The notes under the pieces: model-generated
The model's input: only the letters and a program-made list of their open reading frames with translations
Told to the model about the DNA's origin: nothing
Databases searched by the model: none
DNA from: Coraliomargaritaceae bacterium
Lineage (GTDB): Bacteria > Verrucomicrobiota > Verrucomicrobiia > Opitutales > Coraliomargaritaceae
Assembly (NCBI GenBank): GCA_965660465.1
Contig: CBFIAI010000003.1
Span: forward strand, 72,771-136,770
Direction of reading: 5' to 3'
Length of the DNA stretch: 64,000 nucleotides
Made by a program: the position numbers and the translations under genes
Shown here: in pieces, positions 54,027 to 63,038 of the stretch
Numbering within the stretch: position 1 is the first letter of the stretch
Layout of the letters: each line of letters begins with the position of its first letter

Positions 54027-55381
54027 TTTCCTATGCAGAATTGCTTAAATAAGCTGTCTAGCATCCGCTCGTTGTCGATCTTTCCCACAACTTCACCCAG
54101 AGCGTACACCGCTTCCCGTAACTCCGTCGCCACCAATTCAGCAAATTCCCCGTCTTTTAGCTGCTCGCGGGCAGCGACTAGAGCCTTGAGCACTTTACTC
54201 AGCGCATCCGCGTGACGAGCGTTGACAACAATTCCGTCCTTTCCGGGCAGAGAGAGCCCGGAGTTGATCAGAGACAGAATGCCATCCCGCACATCGACCA
54301 ATCCCGTACCGTCAAGCAGGCAGGTCTGTACACGCGAACATTCGGGAAGAATCGGGGAGTCCGCCGATGCTTCGGGCAGATCTGTCTTATTTTCCAGCAC
54401 CAAAGTGTTGTCCGGGCGCATCTGTTTGAGCAGTTCATCCGGAAGAGTCGGGGAGGGCGCGGCCAAATCGAGAACCAAAAGGAAGAGATCCGCGCTCTCT
54501 GCCAGTTCCAGAGTCCGTGCCATGCCGATCTGCTCGATCGCATCGCCACCGTCCCGCAGTCCCGCTGTATCCAGGATCTCCAGGCACCAACCACCAATTT
54601 CCACACGATCCGACACATAATCCCGCGTCGTACCCGGCTGGGCGCTGACAATCGAGCGATCCATCCCAGTCAACGCATTGATTAAGCTGCTCTTACCCGC
54701 ATTCGGCATCCCCACAATAAGAGCACGCACACCCTCGTGGAGTAGGGCAGAGTAGCGCTGCGTCTCGATCAGCTCGCGGACCTCCCTACTCAAGGCCAGT
54801 AAATCCGCCGTCGGGCCCTCTTCGTCCTCTGCAGGTAAATCCTCCTCCGGAAAGTCGATATACGCCTCCAAACGCGCCTGAATCGAGAGCAGACGCTCCG
54901 TCATCGCACTGATCTTGCGGCCGACCGAGCCATGGAGCTGTCGACGGGCCACTTCCAGACCTCGCGCCGAACGTGCATGAATCAAGTCCGCGACCGCCTC
55001 TGCCTGACTCAAATCCAGCTTGCCATTGAGAAAAGCAGTGCGCGTAAATTCACCCGGCTCCGCCGTGCGGCAACCCCGTGAAAGTAAATCTTCAAGGATC
55101 TTCTGTACAATCAGCGGATTCCCATGCGGAGCAATCTCCAGCATCGCCTCGCCCGTGTAGGATTTATCCGCAGCAAAATGTGTAAAGATGCAGTCATCCA
55201 GCGCTTGTCCGCTGACATCCAGATACGCCGCAAAGTAAGCATGGCGCGGGCGCAAAGCCTCTGTACGACCGGTTGTCAACATTCCCAGATCCACGCAGGC
55301 CGGGCCGCTCAGGCGGATCAACGCGACGGCCGATTCCCCGGCAGGAGTAGAAAGCGCGACAACTGTATCTGGTTCCGACAT
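54023..55381 (-). CDS. mnmE: tRNA modification GTPase MnmE
   Basis: G1 GMPNAGKSSLINAL, G3 DTAG and the C-terminal CIGK motif. There is a 4-nt overlap with mnmG. Confidence 0.95.
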   Translation of the reverse strand: MSEPDTVVALSTPAGESAVALIRLSGPACVDLGMLTTGRTEALRPRHAYFAAYLDVSGQALDDCIFTHFAADKSYTGEAMLEIAPHGNPLIVQKILEDLLSRGCRTAEPGEFTRTAFLNGKLDLSQAEAVADLIHARSARGLEVARRQLHGSVGRKISAMTERLLSIQARLEAYIDFPEEDLPAEDEEGPTADLLALSREVRELIETQRYSALLHEGVRALIVGMPNAGKSSLINALTGMDRSIVSAQPGTTRDYVSDRVEIGGWCLEILDTAGLRDGGDAIEQIGMARTLELAESADLFLLVLDLAAPSPTLPDELLKQMRPDNTLVLENKTDLPEASADSPILPECSRVQTCLLDGTGLVDVRDGILSLINSGLSLPGKDGIVVNARHADALSKVLKALVAAREQLKDGEFAELVATELREAVYALGEVVGKIDNERMLDSLFKQFCIGK

Positions 55382-55455
55382 AAAGGGAACCTACGTTCGC
55401 GCAAAGACGCCACGGGTCAAGCCCGGGACGCACTGCGCAGACCAACAAAGCGTGA

Positions 55456-56544
55456 TTAGCCTTCCGACTCTTCGGACTCTTCGGACTCTTCGGCACCACC
55501 GGCGACGGTTTCGCCTACCTTAGGTTGCACCTTGTCCATAATCAGTTTCGTCAATTCGTCCGCTAATTCAGGGGTCTCAATCAAGTGCAGTTTCGCCGCC
55601 TCGCGGCCCTGACCGATCATTTCGCCCTTATAAGCGACCCATGAGCCCTTCTTCTCGAGGATCTTATGCTCGACCCCGAGATCCACCAGGGATCCCGAGT
55701 GGGAAATGCCCTCGTTGTACATAATATCGAACTCTGCTTCAGTGAAGGGTGGGGCGACTTTGTTTTTCACCACCTTCAAACGGGTGCGATTGCCCCCAAC
55801 TTTACCAGTAGAGTCCTTGATCTGCCCAATTCGACGAATATCCATCCGCACAGAGGAGAAGAACTTGAGCGCACGGCCACCGGGCTGGGTCTCCGGGCTG
55901 CCAAACATCACCCCAATCTTCTCCCGAATCTGATTGGTAAAGAGCACCACACAGTTGGACTTATTAATCGCACCGGTGAGACGGCGCATCGCCTGACTCA
56001 TCATCCGCGCCTGCAGACCCACCGTAGTATCGCCCATTTGCCCGTCCAATTCGTTGCGCGAGACCAACGCGGCGACAGAGTCGACGACAATGATGTCGAC
56101 CGCACCGGATCGGATCAGCGTTTCTGTAATATTTAAAGCATCTTCACCGCACTCCGGTTGCGAAACCATGAGATTGTCCAAATCGACGCCCACCACCTTG
56201 GCATAACGGGGATCCAGAGCATGCTCCACATCGACAAAGACCGCATTGCCGCCGAGTTTCTGGGCCTGCGCGATACAACTTAAACAAAAAGTCGTCTTAC
56301 CGGAGCTTTCCGGGCCATAGATCTCACAGATACGCCCACGGGGGAGACCGCCGGTGCCGAGTGCGATATCGATCGAAATCGAACCCGTCGAAATCGTATC
56401 AATATTCATTTTAGCCGCTTCACCCAGCCGCATGAGTGCTCCCGTGCCAAATTGCTTGTTGATCCCGGAAATTGCTAAATCCAGGTTCTTGCGGTCGGAT
56501 TCTGCGCTGCGTTCCGCGCTCTTCGATGCTTTTTTGTCTGCCAT
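55456..56544 (-). CDS. recA: recombinase RecA
   Basis: [13 protein letters not shown]-loop, VVDSVAAL and [20 protein letters not shown]. Confidence 0.97.
   Translation of the reverse strand: MADKKASKSAERSAESDRKNLDLAISGINKQFGTGALMRLGEAAKMNIDTISTGSISIDIALGTGGLPRGRICEIYGPESSGKTTFCLSCIAQAQKLGGNAVFVDVEHALDPRYAKVVGVDLDNLMVSQPECGEDALNITETLIRSGAVDIIVVDSVAALVSRNELDGQMGDTTVGLQARMMSQAMRRLTGAINKSNCVVLFTNQIREKIGVMFGSPETQPGGRALKFFSSVRMDIRRIGQIKDSTGKVGGNRTRLKVVKNKVAPPFTEAEFDIMYNEGISHSGSLVDLGVEHKILEKKGSWVAYKGEMIGQGREAAKLHLIETPELADELTKLIMDKVQPKVGETVAGGAEESEESEESEG
55466..55492. repeat. perfect 3 x 9-bp tandem repeat (GACTCTTCG) inside the recA 3' end
   Basis: Direct reading of 55466-55492. It encodes the acidic tail [10 protein letters not shown]. 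Confidence 0.85.
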
Positions 56545-56702
56545 ATTACTAAGCGGTAAGGGGTTTTAATGTCTATGCAACGGGATTTGATCGATCGATT
56601 TACCCTTGGCAAGCATAAATGATAATTTGTTCACTACTTTTCTTTCCAGCTCCTTGCTCCCCCCGCTTGACCTGCCGGCCAGTCGCGGCTCTTGTAAGCG
56701 CA

Positions 56703-57128
56703 ATGACCGATTCCATAACAGACCCGCCAAACGCCGGACGCAACCGGGGCATCGCTCTCGCCCGAATCGGCGGACGCATCTTTGGCAGCCTGCTCATTGT
56801 CGGCGGGGTCGTTGCCTTCCTGCGCGGAGTGGAAGGCAGTGGCTTTGATCTCTTCCGTGCCGCCTACAGCATCCTCTATGGTGCGGTTCTCTTTCTCCCC
56901 TTTTCCCGGCTCAGCGCAAAACTCTGGAAGCCCGGCTTTGCGCTCCTCTGCCTGCTCTCTGCCGGGCACGTCTTCGTCCTCGTTGTCGCCGTCATGTACC
57001 AGTACATGGAAATGGCCGAACTAGGCGAACGCCTCGGCGTACCCGGACTGGAAGGCAGTCTCGTCTTTCTTTCCCTCCTTCAGCCGCCGTCTGCGCTCTT
57101 CGAGCGCCATCCGGACCTATTCGACTAG
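56703..57128 (+). CDS. hypothetical membrane protein
   Basis: Four hydrophobic segments. I chose the ATG at 56703. No recognisable motif. Confidence 0.45.
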   Translation: MTDSITDPPNAGRNRGIALARIGGRIFGSLLIVGGVVAFLRGVEGSGFDLFRAAYSILYGAVLFLPFSRLSAKLWKPGFALLCLLSAGHVFVLVVAVMYQYMEMAELGERLGVPGLEGSLVFLSLLQPPSALFERHPDLFD

Positions 57129-57131
57129 CCG

Positions 57132-57830
57132 ATGCACCCCACCTACAAACACATTATTTGGGACTGGAACGGCACCTTGCTGAATGACACCTGGCTCTGC
57201 GTCGAGGTACTCAACGGCCTCCTGACCAAGCGGGGAAAGACGCCCCTGACCGAAGAAGCCTACCGCAGCCATTTCGGCTTTCCCGTCGTCCATTTCTACG
57301 ACTTTCTCGGCTTCGACACCGACCGCGACAGCTTCGAGAAAGTCAGCCACGAATTTATCGGCGACTACGAAGCACGCTGGCTCAAAGAATGCACCCTGCA
57401 CCCGCAGGTCGACCATGCCCTGAAAAGCCTCTCCGCTCTCGGCCTGAGCCATTCCGTACTCTCCGCCGCCGAACAAAGCGCTCTAGAGGCCGGCATCGGC
57501 CACTTCGGCATCGCTAAACATTTCCTCGGCCTCGTCGGCACAGACAATATCTATGCCCGCGGCAAAGTAGAGCAGGGGAGGGAGTGGATCGCCCAACTCG
57601 ACTGGGAACCTGCGGAGATCGTCCTCGTCGGCGACACCCTGCACGATTTTGAAGTCGCCCAAGCCATGGGAGCCGACTGCATCCTTCTGGCCCATGGCCA
57701 TCACTGCCCCACACGCCTCGTCCAGACCGGCGCTCCCGTCGTCCATTCACTCGAAGAACTCGTTCAACGCCTCGAAACACCCGGCACCTCCGGCGGCCAG
57801 ACGCCCGACTCCATCGGCGTCCCGGAATAA
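57132..57830 (+). CDS. HAD family hydrolase (phosphoglycolate phosphatase-like)
   Basis: Motif I variant IIWDWNGTLLND and motif IV LVGDTLHDFEVAQAMG. Confidence 0.8.
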   Translation: MHPTYKHIIWDWNGTLLNDTWLCVEVLNGLLTKRGKTPLTEEAYRSHFGFPVVHFYDFLGFDTDRDSFEKVSHEFIGDYEARWLKECTLHPQVDHALKSLSALGLSHSVLSAAEQSALEAGIGHFGIAKHFLGLVGTDNIYARGKVEQGREWIAQLDWEPAEIVLVGDTLHDFEVAQAMGADCILLAHGHHCPTRLVQTGAPVVHSLEELVQRLETPGTSGGQTPDSIGVPE

Positions 57831-58216
57831 CGCGCCAGAGCCGCTGCACTCACTTCGTAGGCCCAGACCGGCCCAAGCGGCCCGCAGGCATCGTCAAAAC
57901 ACCGCACCCGACGCCGCAAATATTCGTTTTCCCCGTCCGGCCGCGCCGGATCGTAGCCTTCCAAATGATCGATCCGGGCAAAATCCTCCGACTTCGGCAC
58001 CTCGAGGAGACAGCCCTTCACCCAGCCCGCACCCTCCAGACGCAGACCCGGATAACCCACGTGCAAATCGTACAGCGTCCCCCGCACCCGCGCCGGACAC
58101 ACCTGGCGCACACGGCCCTGACAATGACTTAGCCAATAGTACCCCCCCGGCTGAAGCGTGCCATAGACAAAAACCCGCGCCGGATAATCCGGAGATACTT
58201 CTTCAAATGTGCGCAT
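57764..58216 (-). CDS. gamma-glutamylcyclotransferase (AIG2/GGACT-like) family protein
   Basis: VFVYGTLQPGG, GTLYDLHVGYPGL and IDHLEGY. I chose the ATG at 58216. The 3' end overlaps the HAD gene by 67 nt (convergent). Confidence 0.75.
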   Translation of the reverse strand: MRTFEEVSPDYPARVFVYGTLQPGGYYWLSHCQGRVRQVCPARVRGTLYDLHVGYPGLRLEGAGWVKGCLLEVPKSEDFARIDHLEGYDPARPDGENEYLRRRVRCFDDACGPLGPVWAYEVSAAALARYSGTPMESGVWPPEVPGVSRR

Positions 58217-58299
58217 AAGGGTCGGATCCGTCACCACAGCTTCAAGTCTTGAGTTCGGGATTGTCAAGCCGCCCATGCACCGCATCTTAGTTCATTCCT

Positions 58300-59688
58300 A
58301 TGAACCGGGTATTCATCAAGACCTACGGCTGCCAGATGAACGAAAGAGATTCGGAAGCCGTCGCCGCCATGCTCCGCGGAAAGGGGTACAGCATCGTCCA
58401 GAGCGAGGCCGACGCCGACGTCATCCTCTTGAATACCTGCAGCGTGCGCGAACAAGCCGAGCAAAAAGCCATCGGTAAAGCCGGCCATATCTCCTCCCGC
58501 AAAAGGAGAAAGCCCAACCTCATCGTCGGCGTGATGGGCTGTATGGCCCAAAACCGCGGCGCCGACCTGCTCGACAGCCTGCCCGACCTCGACCTCATCG
58601 TCGGCACCCAGAAATTTCACCGCGTCCCCGAACACCTTGAAAACGTCATCGCCTCCCTCAAGGGACAAGGCCCGCGGCCCGATACCATTGTCGACCTCGA
58701 CGCCGAAGACGGCTCGCAAAACACCATCGACACCCATTTAGAGGACAAGCAGCAAGTCTCCGCCTTCGTCAGCATTATGCAGGGCTGCAATATGAATTGC
58801 AGCTACTGCATCGTTCCCAAGACCCGCGGCCCCGAACGCGCCCGCCCGATCAAAGCCATCGTCGAGGAAGTCGAGCAACTCGCCGCCACCGGCACCCGCG
58901 AAGTCACCCTCCTCGGGCAAATTGTTAACCAGTACGCCGTCCGTGAATTCCCCGTAGTCGACCGCAAAAGCCCCTTTGTCCAACTCCTCGAGCGAATCAA
59001 CGACATCGACGGCATCGAGCGCATCCGCTTCACCTCCCCGCACCCCGTCGGCTTCCGCGAAGACCTCATCGAGTGCTACGCCCGACTGCCCAAACTCTGC
59101 GAGTACCTCCATTTCCCCATCCAGAGCGGGAGCGACCGTATCCTCAAAGCCATGCGCCGACCCTACACCGTCGAGCGCTTCCGCCGCATCATCGACCGCA
59201 TCCGCGAAGTCTGCCCCGGTATCTACATTTCCACCGATGTCATTGTCGGCTTCCCCGGCGAAACCGAAGAAGACTTCGAGCTCACCCGCCAACACTTCGA
59301 AGACATCCGCTTCGACATGGCCTACCTCTTCAAATACAGCGTGCGCCCCGGTACCACCGCCGAGCCACTGGGCGACCCCGTCCCCACCGAAGTCAAAGAA
59401 GAGCGCAACCAGATACTCATCGACATCCTCGGCAAAAACTCCCTCGCCCGCAACGAATCCCTCGTCGGCAGCGTCGAAGAAGTCCTCCTCGAAGGCCCCG
59501 CCCGCCGCGGCGAAGGTATGTACGTCGGCCGCACCCGAGGCTACCGCAAAGTCATCGTACCGGCCAACCCCCGCCTCGTCGGCCAACTCCTCCCCGTACG
59601 CATCCAGCGCGTTACCACCAGCTCACTCTTCGGCGAGCTCATCCTCCGCGGAGTCGAACCGGCCGAAACGCGGAACGTCGAACGCTAA
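58300..59688 (+). CDS. miaB: tRNA-2-methylthio-N6-dimethylallyladenosine synthase
   Basis: UPF0004 N-domain cysteines (TYGCQMN, NTCSVRE, GCMAQ), the radical SAM motif QGCNMNCSYCIVP and a C-terminal TRAM domain. Confidence 0.95.
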   Translation: MNRVFIKTYGCQMNERDSEAVAAMLRGKGYSIVQSEADADVILLNTCSVREQAEQKAIGKAGHISSRKRRKPNLIVGVMGCMAQNRGADLLDSLPDLDLIVGTQKFHRVPEHLENVIASLKGQGPRPDTIVDLDAEDGSQNTIDTHLEDKQQVSAFVSIMQGCNMNCSYCIVPKTRGPERARPIKAIVEEVEQLAATGTREVTLLGQIVNQYAVREFPVVDRKSPFVQLLERINDIDGIERIRFTSPHPVGFREDLIECYARLPKLCEYLHFPIQSGSDRILKAMRRPYTVERFRRIIDRIREVCPGIYISTDVIVGFPGETEEDFELTRQHFEDIRFDMAYLFKYSVRPGTTAEPLGDPVPTEVKEERNQILIDILGKNSLARNESLVGSVEEVLLEGPARRGEGMYVGRTRGYRKVIVPANPRLVGQLLPVRIQRVTTSSLFGELILRGVEPAETRNVER

Positions 59689-60011
59689 AGGATCCGTTCC
59701 ATCAAATAAAGAAAGCCGGAATGCCAGTTTCCCGCGAATCTACACGAATGGCACGAAGATGCCGGATGGATCATCAACCGCTGAAATACGCGTACAATCA
59801 TACGCGTGAACTAAGCGTCATTAAGCGGTTTTATAAAAAGGGTTGTCTGCTGCAGTAGATGAGCCTCCCTGGCCCCGCGTCTCCGTGTGAGAAAATAAAG
59901 CCATGCAAGTATTCCGTGCGACCGAGGGGTAGCCGTCCCAACTTCAATCCGGTCATGCCTCTAGCAAATTGGCAGAATATCAGATCCAAGGTTAGCGGGC
60001 TTGCTCTTTAA

Positions 60012-60172
60012 CCCGAACTATGCGAACGGACTTTTTGAGCAATAGGATTCTATTTGTAAGTGCCTTTATATCAGGCACATGGCTGCCTGTCAGGCCAGCA
60101 GTCACGTATGTTTATACGCTCCCTCGGCCTTCAGTTGCCGAGCACCTTGCTCATCCTATTACATAATCCGGG
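60012..60172. mobile_element. MITE-like element, copy C (161 bp internal-deletion derivative, inverted relative to A and B)
   Basis: Termini are CCCGAACTATGCGAACGG and CCTATTACATAATCCGGG. Identical TTTAA flanks it at 60007-60011 and 60173-60177. It aligns to both arms of copy A but lacks about 113 bp of the central part. Confidence 0.65.
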
Positions 60173-60349
60173 TTTAATGACCAGTTGGTCCAAATCGATA
60201 TCGGAATCGAGTGCGATTTCCGCTTCGCTGGTTTCGACTCTACTTACAAAGCCTGAGCCATCATCTATCCAAAAGACCTTTTGACTTATGATAATATCAT
60301 TTGATACTATCATACAATGATCCCGCCTTTTGAGATAACCCCTCAGATG

Positions 60350-60835
60350 CTACACGAAATCAGCCAAATCGAACGGTTGATTGGACGGATCGAAAGCATT
60401 GAGCCCGCGCTTGAGTTCATCCAAGGCAACGACCTTGTCTCCGTCATAGTCTTTTTGTAGCAAGGGGCTGTCTTCCTGGACGCGTTGCATCCGGTAGAAG
60501 CCGGTGCGAGATTGCGCGGGCATCTCGGTGCTTTGTGCTTTGCCGTGCCCTTTGATACCATAGCCGAGTGACCAGTCGCCTTTGTCCAGTTCGGTGCGCC
60601 CCTCGATGAGATAGTAGGCCTCGGTCTCGGTGGCTTCGAAGCCGAGGTTCAGGGTGCCGCTGGCCCCTGTATGGTCGATGCTCAGTGAGAGCTTTTCTAC
60701 CGGGGTGGACGCTAGGTTTGATGGGCTGGTCAGTGAGCTGGAAGCGGTGGATGTTGGGGGGACTTCAGTCGGGTTAGCTGCGATGAATATCAATCCGAAT
60801 CCGGCTACCGTTAGGGCAGCAAAGCGGTGGATCAT
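60350..60835 (-). CDS. hypothetical secreted protein with C-terminal EF-hand-like loop
   Basis: Signal peptide MIHRFAALTVAGFGLIFIAA and a Ser/Thr/Pro linker. DYDGDKVVALDE matches the DxDxDxxhxxxE calcium-loop spacing. Confidence 0.5.
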   Translation of the reverse strand: MIHRFAALTVAGFGLIFIAANPTEVPPTSTASSSLTSPSNLASTPVEKLSLSIDHTGASGTLNLGFEATETEAYYLIEGRTELDKGDWSLGYGIKGHGKAQSTEMPAQSRTGFYRMQRVQEDSPLLQKDYDGDKVVALDELKRGLNAFDPSNQPFDLADFV

Positions 60836-61020
60836 GATATATCGGGTTTATTGGGATGCTATTAATAAGAAATAATTAGCAGTTAATATGATAATATAAG
60901 GTTTAGCAATCAGTCTTTTATAAATAGAAAACCTTATCAAGTGTTTTTCTGCGGAATTGCAGAAATTTTCGCAGAGGCGACGGATCGATCCGCTCCTTTT
61001 CTGGTGATCGAAAGGCTTCC

Positions 61021-61044
61021 GGCAAAGAACACGCATCGGCGTGT
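61021..61044 (-). terminator. possible terminator downstream of ispH
   Basis: The minus strand reads ACACGC-CGAT-GCGTGT followed by TCTTTG, about 10 nt after the stop. The stem is short and the T-tract weak. Confidence 0.4.
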
Positions 61045-61054
61045 ATCCGTGGCT

Positions 61055-62896
61055 TTATTTATCTTTTTTACCCGGAGCCGCGCTTCCGCAGCGGCTGTCG
61101 GTGTTGGATGTCTCTTCGAAGGTGGCGAGGATGGACTCGAGTGGACGGAGGGACTCTGCGGGAAAGAAGCGATTGATCCGGTGGATGACCTGCTGGATGA
61201 TTCCGTCGGGGCAGGAGGCACCGCCGGTGATCAGGAGGGTGATGGGGTCTGCTTTCCTTTCCCGGAGGAAGGGGCGAACGACGTCGGGTTCACCGGAGCT
61301 GGCTGCTTTATTCAAGGGGTAACTGTAGTGGCAAATCTCACCGGTAGAGAGAATGTTGTCCTCGGACTGGATGTAGTGGGCATTTTCCCCGAGGCGGTCC
61401 TGACAAACGTGATAGAGTTGATACGTGTTCGAGCTATTGCGACCGCCGACAACAAGGGCGGCGTCAATTTCCTCACTGAGGGCACTGTGCAGGGCGTCCT
61501 GATTGACCTGAGTGGCATAACAAAGGGTATCGCCTTTGCCTTTTGACCAGAGGTGTTGCTCGACGTTTTCCGGGCCGTATTTTTCAGTCAGCACCTCGCG
61601 AAGGTAGTCGATAATCTGGAGGGTCTGATTGCTCAGGAGCGTGGTCTGGTTGACTACGGCGATGCGTTCGAGATCGCGCTCGGGATCGAAGCCACGGGAG
61701 TAGAGCCCGGCAAAGGCGGTTTCGAAGCGTTCGCGTCTTTCCGGTCCGTCGAGCCGGATAATTTCGGCGAGAACTTCGGCGTGGGCACGGTTGCGAATCA
61801 TCAGGGCGGGCCCGTGGCTGGCACTGTTGGAAAAGGTGGCCTTGGTCTCTTCGTGCTCGGACTTGCCGTGGATGAGAACGGTATAGCCCTCGGCAGCGTA
61901 ACGACGGGCGGCCTTCCAGACTTTTTCCACGAGCATACAGGTGGCGTCATGGCGGCGAATGGGAATGCCGGCGCGAATCAGCCGGGCCTTGTCCTCGTTG
62001 GTTGCACCGAAGGCGGGGATAATGACGATGTCGTCCGGGGTGAGCTGGTTCCAGAGTGCGTCGGGGTCGTCGTGCCCCACTGTCATGGCACCGTCGGCAC
62101 GCAGGGGCAGGCCTTTGTCGGTTTGGAGGTAACGGAGTCCGCGGGCGAGTAGGTCTTCGTTGACGTAGGGGTTGTGAATCAGCTCGCTGAGCATAAAGAC
62201 GCGGCGCCCGGGGTAGGCGGCAACGGTCTCGTAGGCCCGTTCGATGGCGTTTTGTACGCCGAGGCAAAACCCGAAGTGACTGGGAAGAATGTAGCGAACC
62301 GGCCCAAAATCGAGGAGGGCGGGCGAGCCGGATGAATTTTCCCGGGTGCGGCGTGCGGCTTTAACGACGGTACAGAGCTGGCTCTGATACAAAGATTGTG
62401 ACTGCTCGTCTACATAGACCTGGCGGTTGCGCTCTTTGGCTGTGCGAAAGCGATAAATGTACTGATGGTCCCCGAGGTCGAGATAGGGGAGGTGGTGCAA
62501 ATGCGGGCTGATTGCGCTCAGAGCGGCGGCAAGTAGGGGACCGGGGCGATCCAAATCCGCAGTGGGTTCTGTCTCCAGCGCGTCCAGACTATGATAAGCG
62601 AGGGATGAATCTGCCGCAGGATCGCTGACGCCGACGTGCAGGACATAGGTGCGCCCATCGAATGAAAGGCTGGTGATCCGGTGTGTTTTGGAAGCGCCGG
62701 ACAAGCGTTTGGCGGCGGCGGCGGGGCTTTCGTCGCGATCTTCCGATTGATCGGCAGACGGCTGCAGAGCTTGGGTATTGGTCGATCGGCAGCCGATTCG
62801 ATAATGCTCATCAAAGAGGAGCAATACCCAGGGATCCGAGGAAGAGTCGGCAGATGCCTGCAGGTCTTCCTTAGCGCATTCTTTGGGCGGTTCCAT
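61055..62896 (-). CDS. ispH: 4-hydroxy-3-methylbut-2-enyl diphosphate reductase with long N-terminal extension
   Basis: The IspH core starts near ILPSHFGFCLGVQNAIE and includes IHNPYVNEDL, VIIPAFG, ATCMLVEKV, VNQTT and GGRNSSNT. The open frame extends upstream to 63070. I chose the ATG at 62896 (MEPPKE...) because the longer version overlaps the divergent gene. The start is uncertain. Confidence 0.8.
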   Translation of the reverse strand: MEPPKECAKEDLQASADSSSDPWVLLLFDEHYRIGCRSTNTQALQPSADQSEDRDESPAAAAKRLSGASKTHRITSLSFDGRTYVLHVGVSDPAADSSLAYHSLDALETEPTADLDRPGPLLAAALSAISPHLHHLPYLDLGDHQYIYRFRTAKERNRQVYVDEQSQSLYQSQLCTVVKAARRTRENSSGSPALLDFGPVRYILPSHFGFCLGVQNAIERAYETVAAYPGRRVFMLSELIHNPYVNEDLLARGLRYLQTDKGLPLRADGAMTVGHDDPDALWNQLTPDDIVIIPAFGATNEDKARLIRAGIPIRRHDATCMLVEKVWKAARRYAAEGYTVLIHGKSEHEETKATFSNSASHGPALMIRNRAHAEVLAEIIRLDGPERRERFETAFAGLYSRGFDPERDLERIAVVNQTTLLSNQTLQIIDYLREVLTEKYGPENVEQHLWSKGKGDTLCYATQVNQDALHSALSEEIDAALVVGGRNSSNTYQLYHVCQDRLGENAHYIQSEDNILSTGEICHYSYPLNKAASSGEPDVVRPFLRERKADPITLLITGGASCPDGIIQQVIHRINRFFPAESLRPLESILATFEETSNTDSRCGSAAPGKKDK

Positions 62897-63038
62897 TCGA
62901 CTAGGAATACGGATTCGGGTGGTGTGGTCAACCACGGGCACTAGATGATTCCCCCAAGCGGTCGAAGGGGATTCTACGGTTGCACCCGGGGCCTGCTTGC
63001 CTAGGTTGTGCTGTAAATCAACTTTCTTATTGATTGTT

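Noticed and set aside
56619-56634. ATGATAATTTGTTCAC upstream of recA as a possible LexA/SOS box.
   Set aside because: Only one TGTTC/GAACA half-site is convincing. Neither a GAAC-N4-GTTC palindrome nor a TGTTC-N4-TGTTC direct repeat is present.
58738-59858. Three 260-280-aa ORFs overlapping miaB in other frames.
   Set aside because: They have Pro/Arg/Ala/Ser-rich nonsense composition. They are a by-product of high GC3 in miaB.
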